This document shows positions 58,349 to 64,000 of a stretch of DNA of 64,000 nucleotides, piece after piece (position 1 is the first letter of the stretch; every line of letters starts with the position of its first letter). A program made the translations under genes and the position numbers. The notes beneath the pieces are model-generated. The model ran no database searches, had not been told where the DNA came from, and saw only the letters and a program-made list of their open reading frames with translations. Source of the DNA: Candidatus Sumerlaeia bacterium (GTDB lineage: Bacteria; Sumerlaeota; Sumerlaeia; SLMS01; JANRJK01); contig JANRJK010000002.1 of NCBI GenBank assembly GCA_033764015.1, forward strand, positions 64,001 through 128,000. Reading direction: 5' to 3'.

Positions 58349-58753
58349 ATGCGTGACAAGCGGATCATCTTCGGAGCGGCGGGACTCGTCGCCGCCGTGC
58401 TGCTGGCGGTCGCGGCCCCCCGGGCCCAAGAGGGCGATGCGCCCGCCGAACCCATCGACGCCCCCGCGCCGCCCTCGGAACTGCAGCTCGCCTTGCAGCG
58501 CTTCGAGGCCGACTCGGACCCGGAGCGCGCCCTTTACCTCAGCGCGGTGCAGGCGCTCGAGATCGGCCGCCAGTCCGGCGACATGGAATTCGCCGAACAG
58601 CTCCTGCTGCGGATCGCGGCGGAAGCGAAGCGCCAATCGGTCCGCACCTCCGTGCGGCGCCTCCTCGTCGACCTCTACATGGAGCGCGGCGACTGGGCCT
58701 CCGCCCGCACCAACCTCGAGACGATCGTGCAGGAATCGCTGATCCAGTTCTAG
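58349..58753 (+). CDS. Small exported helical (TPR-like) hypothetical protein
   Basis: AAAGGAG RBS, signal peptide ending PRA-Q. Confidence 0.65.
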   Translation: MRDKRIIFGAAGLVAAVLLAVAAPRAQEGDAPAEPIDAPAPPSELQLALQRFEADSDPERALYLSAVQALEIGRQSGDMEFAEQLLLRIAAEAKRQSVRTSVRRLLVDLYMERGDWASARTNLETIVQESLIQF

Positions 58754-58757
58754 CCCT

Positions 58758-59885
58758 TCAGTCCTGCGCCAGCACCCGCTCGTACACCGCTTCGTACATC
58801 GGGACGATGGACTCCGGCTGGTAGCGGGCGACGACGTCGCGGCGGGCGGCTTCGCCCATTTGGTGGCCGAGGCCATTCGTACCGAGGATGCGCAGCGCGT
58901 TCGCCGCCATGTCCTCCACGTCGCCGACGGGGCTCAGGAAGCCCGTCTCGCCTTGCTTCACCACTTCCGGGATGCCGCCGGCGCGGCTGGCGATGACGGG
59001 GATTTCCGACGACATCGCTTCGATCGCCGCGAGGCCGAAGCTCTCCGATTCGCTCGGGAGAAGGAACAGGTCCGCGCAGGAGAAGTAGAACTGCACCTGC
59101 TCCTGCTTGCCGAGCCAATGCACGTGCTGAGAAACGCCGAGTTCGTGCGAGAGCTGCACCGTCCGGTCGTAGTCCGGACCGTCACCGATCAGCAGCAGCG
59201 TGGCGGGCATCCTGGCCTGCACGCGGGCGAACACGCGGACCACGTCCTCGACGCGCTTCACCGGGCGGAAGTTCGAGATGTGCAGCAGGATCTTTTCGCC
59301 GTTCGGCGCGAAGCGGCTGCGCTTGCACGGCGTGAGGCTCGGGCGGAAGCGCGTGGAGTCCACGAAGTTGGGGATCACGTCGATGGCGCGGCCCGGGTAG
59401 AACTCGCGCCGGGTTTCCTCCGCCAGCCACTCCGACACCGCGGTCACCGCGTCCGACTGGTCGAGCGCGAAGCGCACCACGGGGTAGTAGGACGGCGCCC
59501 TCCCGACCAGTGTGATGTCGGTGCCGTGCAGCGTGGTGACCACCTTGGGGCGGACGCCGCCGGCGGCCTGCTTCGCGAGCCACGCGCTCACCGCGTGCGG
59601 GATCGCATAGTGCGCGTGGACGACCTCGAGGCCCTGCTCGTTGGCGATCTGGACGATCTTCGACGCGAGCGACAGTGTGTACAGCTCGCTGCCGAGGAGC
59701 GGGTAGGAGAAGCGCTCGACGGAGTGGAAAATGATATTGTCGTCCGCCTCGTGCACCAGGCGGAACGGAATCTCGGTGCTGATGAAGTGGATCTCGTGTC
59801 CGCGTTTGGCGAGCAGGCGCCCGAGTTCCGTGGCCACCACGCCGGAGCCGCCGTAGGTGGGGTAGCAAACCATGCCGATCTTCAT
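58758..59885 (-). CDS. bshA: N-acetyl-alpha-D-glucosaminyl L-malate synthase
   Basis: [45 protein letters not shown]. Confidence 0.95.
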   Translation of the reverse strand: MKIGMVCYPTYGGSGVVATELGRLLAKRGHEIHFISTEIPFRLVHEADDNIIFHSVERFSYPLLGSELYTLSLASKIVQIANEQGLEVVHAHYAIPHAVSAWLAKQAAGGVRPKVVTTLHGTDITLVGRAPSYYPVVRFALDQSDAVTAVSEWLAEETRREFYPGRAIDVIPNFVDSTRFRPSLTPCKRSRFAPNGEKILLHISNFRPVKRVEDVVRVFARVQARMPATLLLIGDGPDYDRTVQLSHELGVSQHVHWLGKQEQVQFYFSCADLFLLPSESESFGLAAIEAMSSEIPVIASRAGGIPEVVKQGETGFLSPVGDVEDMAANALRILGTNGLGHQMGEAARRDVVARYQPESIVPMYEAVYERVLAQD

Positions 59886-60104
59886 ACGGGCCTCCTTGGG
59901 GGCGGCGGCGGGGGAGCGAGCGCCGTGCCGAGGAAACGCGCCAAACCCCACCCGGGGGGAGCAGATTCTTCGCATCCACGGTGTCCTATTTGGATAAGCA
60001 CGCTCCGCGCTAGCTGTATTTTTCGATTGACTTGTCCACTATCGGTAAAATCCCCTAGAGAGTCGCGGTCCGCCAAGGCCGCCGAAACCTTCAAAGGACT
60101 CAGC

Positions 60105-63100
60105 ATGAAGCTATTCCCCAAAGCTCCAAGGGCACTCGCAGCGCGTGCGCACATCGTGGCGGCGGCGTTCGCGGCGTTCGCCGCCGCCGCGGCGGGCTCC
60201 GGCCCGCGCGGTGCGGAAAACCCTGATTGCGGGCAAGACATCGAGGCCCGCGTCAACTCGGTCTCGGTAAGCGACAACACGATCACCATTGGAGGCGTCA
60301 CAGTTGCCATCAACGGGCTCACGAAGCTGGAAGACGACGACAACAACACGCTGACGCTCGGGGACTTCACGCCTGGGGACTTCGCCGAGACGGAGGGTTG
60401 CTACCAGCCTGACGGCAGCTACCTCGCCGCCAAAGTCGAGAAGCGGATGCAGGACCCCGACGACGACTCGGACTGCGAGTCGAAGATCGAGGGACCGGTG
60501 ACTGTCGCGGATCCCGCCGCGGGAAGTTGGGTGATCGCTGGCGTGACGGTTACCGCCGGCCCCGGCGTCGAGTACGAGGACGCCGCGGGCAACCCGGTCG
60601 CGGCGACGGCCTTCACGGTCGGCATCTTCGCCGAGGCGGAAGGTTGCTACCAGCCCGACGGCTCGCTGCTGGCGCGCGAGATCGAGCTTTCCGACGGCAC
60701 CCCCGGCGGCGGCGGCTCGACGCCGCCCTCGAACCGGTGCGAGCAGGAGTTCTCCGGCGTGGTCAATTCGGCCAACGAGACCTCCGGCACGCTGGTGCTG
60801 GGCGGGCGCACCGTGGCGACGGATTCGCGCACGGCGTTCCTTGACGACAACAACCAGCCAACGACCTTCGCCGCGTTCCAGCCGGGCGTCTTCGCCGAGG
60901 CGGAGGGCTGCATCCAGGGGGACGGCTCGCTCCTCGCCCGCAAGGTGAAGCTGGACGACGATGCGGACCCGGCCGGGACCGGCTGCGGGTTCGAGCACGA
61001 AGGCGCCATCGGCGCCATCGACGGCGGCGCGCGCACCATGACGATCCGCGGCATGCTGGTGCGGACCACCGCCGGAACCGAGTTCCGCAGCCGCGCCGGG
61101 GCGCCCATCGCCTTCGAGGACTTCGCCGCGGGCGACTACGCCGAGGCGGAGGGCTGCGTCGCCGACGACGGCTCGCTCGCCGCGCGCGAGGTCAAGCTGC
61201 GCGCGGAGGACTTCTCCGACGATCCGGGCGACGACGACGCCGCTGGTTGCGGGCAGGAGCTTCGCGGGATCGCCGCCGCCATCGACGGCGCTTCCATGAG
61301 CTTCGAGCTGAACGGAGTCGTGGTGTTCGCCACCGCCGGCACCGAGATCAAGGAGGACGGCGGCGCGCCGCTGGCCTTCTCCGCGCTCGCCAACGGCGAC
61401 GGCCTCAAGGCCGAGGGCTGCATCCGTCCTGACGGGTCGCTCCTCGCGGGCGAGATCGAGCGGCAGTTCTCCGTCGGCCAAACTCCTCCGCCCGGGTTCG
61501 GCGAGGACTTCGAGGTCTTCGGCATCATCGAATCTGTGAACCTTGTGGACCGGCGCATCGTGGTCGAAGGCGTCACCTTCCAGGCGGACGACACCACGGT
61601 GATCCTCTCGACGCGCAACACGCCGATCGAGTTCGCGGACCTTGGCGCCGGGCAGGCGGTCGAGGCGAAGGGCTTCCCCACGGCGACAGCAGGCGTTTTC
61701 GCCGCCACGCGCATCAAGCTGGAGGACGAGAACACCGGCGGCGGCGAGACCACCACGCAGGTCGCCACCGGCGTCGTCGAGGCCAACACAGGCTCGACGC
61801 TCACCGTCGGCGGAACTGAGTACGCCATCACGGGCACGACGCGGTTCAAGAGCTTCGGCAACGCGCCGGCGGTGGTCGGCGACTTCGTTGCGGGCAGCAT
61901 CGCGAAGGTCGAGGCGGTGCCCGCAGCCGCGGGTTCGCCGATCGCGGTCGAGGTCGAAATGGAAGGCGGCGTGATCGGCGCCATCGACGGCACCGCGCGC
62001 ACGTTCACCGCGGGCGGCGTCGTGATCGCCGTCGGCTCGGGGACCAGCCTCGAGGAGCTGAACGGCGCCCCGCTGGCCTTCGGCGACTTCTTCATCGGCG
62101 ACCTGATCGACCCGAGCGGCACCTTCGCGGCGGGCGTGCTGAACGCCGGCTCCGTCACCCGCATCGGCAGCGTTGGCATCTCCGGCGCCATCACGGGCTT
62201 CAACGCCGTGGCGGACGCGTCGAACAACGGCATCCCGGCGATCCGCGCCGACCAGCTCGGCACCTTCGGGTTCATGGAACTGCCGCTCTCGTCGCTGCGC
62301 CGCCGTCCGTCGACGCTGTACGAGCTGACGGCGCGCCTCTCGACGGACCTCGGGAACAAGGCCGTGGCGCCCGTCATCCGAGTCCGCGCGAACATGGACC
62401 ACTTCCAGCGCGGCCTCGAGTTCGTCATCACGAGCACCGCGGACGGGCGCTTCTCGCCCGACATCGCGGGCGCCGAGTACAAGGCGTACTTCGCCCCGAC
62501 GCTTCCGCCCTCGATCCCCGGCCAGTCCCCCGACTGGTTCGCCACCATCGACCTCCTGAGCACGCTCCCGGAGGACGCCGCCATCGCGACGGTGCGCTTC
62601 GAGGGCTTCGAGGCCACGCCGATCCCGATGTCCCGGGTCCGCGTCGCGCGAACGCTACTCGACGAGGCGTTCTCCCGTCCGGACCACGGATGGACCTTCG
62701 GCGCCGCGCCGGAGTTCTTCCCCGCGCCGGCGTCCGGCTACGACCCCGTCGGCGGCGCGCTGTCGCTCACGCCCAACGACGAGTCCGCCTTCGGCTACTG
62801 GGAGCGCCAGACCGGCATCCCGGTGGAAGGCGGCAAGCTCTACCGCGCCCGCATGTACGTGCGTTCCGACGCCGCCAACAAGGCCGCCGTCCCTACCTTC
62901 CGCGTGCGCGTGAACCTCGCCTCGTTCCAGCTCGGAGCCGTGACCGTGATCGAAAGCACCGGCAACGGCGACGAGTCGCCCACCGCGGAGGCCCGCCTGT
63001 ACGACGCGTACCTGCGCGTGCCGGGGACTCCTGTGGATTCCGACTCTCTGCTGCTTGCCTTCGACGTGCTCAAGTCGCAGCTCGACGACGCGCTCGGCAC

Positions 63101-63152
63101 AACGCTCTACCTCGACCGCGTGCGGGTGGAGGAGTTGGTGATCGTGCCGTAA
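60105..63152 (+). CDS. Exported protein with about 8 DUF5666-like repeats and a duplicated C-terminal module
   Basis: Repeated EAEGC..DGSLLA.E(I/V).L units after an Ala-rich leader. Confidence 0.85.
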   Translation: MKLFPKAPRALAARAHIVAAAFAAFAAAAAGSGPRGAENPDCGQDIEARVNSVSVSDNTITIGGVTVAINGLTKLEDDDNNTLTLGDFTPGDFAETEGCYQPDGSYLAAKVEKRMQDPDDDSDCESKIEGPVTVADPAAGSWVIAGVTVTAGPGVEYEDAAGNPVAATAFTVGIFAEAEGCYQPDGSLLAREIELSDGTPGGGGSTPPSNRCEQEFSGVVNSANETSGTLVLGGRTVATDSRTAFLDDNNQPTTFAAFQPGVFAEAEGCIQGDGSLLARKVKLDDDADPAGTGCGFEHEGAIGAIDGGARTMTIRGMLVRTTAGTEFRSRAGAPIAFEDFAAGDYAEAEGCVADDGSLAAREVKLRAEDFSDDPGDDDAAGCGQELRGIAAAIDGASMSFELNGVVVFATAGTEIKEDGGAPLAFSALANGDGLKAEGCIRPDGSLLAGEIERQFSVGQTPPPGFGEDFEVFGIIESVNLVDRRIVVEGVTFQADDTTVILSTRNTPIEFADLGAGQAVEAKGFPTATAGVFAATRIKLEDENTGGGETTTQVATGVVEANTGSTLTVGGTEYAITGTTRFKSFGNAPAVVGDFVAGSIAKVEAVPAAAGSPIAVEVEMEGGVIGAIDGTARTFTAGGVVIAVGSGTSLEELNGAPLAFGDFFIGDLIDPSGTFAAGVLNAGSVTRIGSVGISGAITGFNAVADASNNGIPAIRADQLGTFGFMELPLSSLRRRPSTLYELTARLSTDLGNKAVAPVIRVRANMDHFQRGLEFVITSTADGRFSPDIAGAEYKAYFAPTLPPSIPGQSPDWFATIDLLSTLPEDAAIATVRFEGFEATPIPMSRVRVARTLLDEAFSRPDHGWTFGAAPEFFPAPASGYDPVGGALSLTPNDESAFGYWERQTGIPVEGGKLYRARMYVRSDAANKAAVPTFRVRVNLASFQLGAVTVIESTGNGDESPTAEARLYDAYLRVPGTPVDSDSLLLAFDVLKSQLDDALGTTLYLDRVRVEELVIVP

Positions 63153-63178
63153 CCGCACCCGCGGCGCGGCGAACTGCG

Positions 63179-63212
63179 AAGCGCCCGGGCCCTTGGAGGC
63201 CCGGGCGCTTTC
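63179..63212 (+). terminator. Terminator-like hairpin
   Basis: AAGCGCCCGGGCC-CTTGGA-GGCCCGGGCGCTTTC. Confidence 0.65.
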
Positions 63213-63307
63213 GCGTTGCGGGAGGCGGGCTCCCCCGCGCTTTCCGGCTGACACCCGGCGCCCCACGCGGTCTCCTTGCGGCGACAGCTTCCGGATAGGA
63301 GCCACCC

Positions 63308-64000
63308 ATGGGCGCGATCCGCCTCGACGACATGCTCGCGGAAATGGTCGAGCGCAATTCCTCCGACATGTTCATCAAGGCCGGCGTGCCGCCGCACATG
63401 CGACTCGACGGCAAGATCGTCACCATGGACTACGACGAGCTCTCCATGGACGACGTCCAGGCGCTCGCCTACAGCCTCATGACCGAGGAGCAGATCAACC
63501 GCTTCGAGAAGATCCCCGAGATGGACCTCGCGATGGGCGTGCGCGGCGTCGGGCGCTTCCGCGTCAACCTCTTCCGCCAGCGCGGCAGCATCGGCATGGT
63601 CTTCCGCCACATCAAGACGCCGACCTTCAACTTCCAGGACCTCCACCTGCCGGACACCGTGCGGCAGCTCTCGGACCGCGTCCGCGGGCTGGTCCTGGTG
63701 ACGGGCACCACCGGCTCCGGCAAGTCGACCACCCTCGCCGCGATGATCAACCACATCAACGAGTCGCGGAAGGCCCACATCGTCACCATCGAGGACCCGA
63801 TCGAGTTCCTGCACCAGGACAAGATGTCCATCGTCTGCCAGCGCGAGGTGGGCTTCGACACCAAGACCTTCCAGGACGCGCTGCGCCACGTGCTGCGCCA
63901 GTCGCCCGACGTGATCCTGGTGGGCGAAATGCGCGACCTCGAGACGGTCTCGACGTCCCTCGCCGCCGCGGAGACGGGCCACCTCGTGTTCTCCACGCTC
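63308..64000 (+). CDS. Second PilT/PilU-family ATPase (runs off window)
   Basis: SSDMFIKAG, GRFRVN, GTTGSGKST, EDPIEF, LRQSPDVILVGEMRD. Confidence 0.92.
   Translation, partial: MGAIRLDDMLAEMVERNSSDMFIKAGVPPHMRLDGKIVTMDYDELSMDDVQALAYSLMTEEQINRFEKIPEMDLAMGVRGVGRFRVNLFRQRGSIGMVFRHIKTPTFNFQDLHLPDTVRQLSDRVRGLVLVTGTTGSGKSTTLAAMINHINESRKAHIVTIEDPIEFLHQDKMSIVCQREVGFDTKTFQDALRHVLRQSPDVILVGEMRDLETVSTSLAAAETGHLVFSTL

Noticed and set aside
60220..62160. Regularly spaced GACGGCTCGCT-like DNA repeats resembling an array
   Set aside because: In-frame protein domain repeats with degenerate third positions; no cas genes

Overview
High-GC bacterial chromosomal window, mostly housekeeping: ssb end-rpsR-rplI, rpsB-tsf, khpA-rimM, lpxB-rfbC-der, dgt, engB, accA, bshA, a Mn/Zn/Fe ABC operon and two PilT-family ATPases. 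It is interrupted by several visibly lower-GC patches encoding orphan secreted proteins (about 2.3-5.6, 11-16.5 and 47.3-49.8 kb). lpxB indicates a diderm. The style of the secreted proteins suggests Ca. Sumerlaeota/BRC1, but that is inference only. No rRNA, tRNA, CRISPR array, transposase or integrase was recognised. Most notable: an archaeal-type PolB2 polymerase ending in a bacterial beta-clamp-like motif; a three-AT-hook HMGA-like protein in a dgt-wzm operon; a subtilase ORF split by one in-frame TAG inside a conserved motif and followed by a hairpin; a diverged duplication of the manC 3' end bracketing terC; an unannotated 33-aa peptide gene with strong RBS and hairpin; a permease-DtxR fusion with a candidate operator; and a C-terminal module shared by unrelated secreted proteins. 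Start codons were picked by eye.
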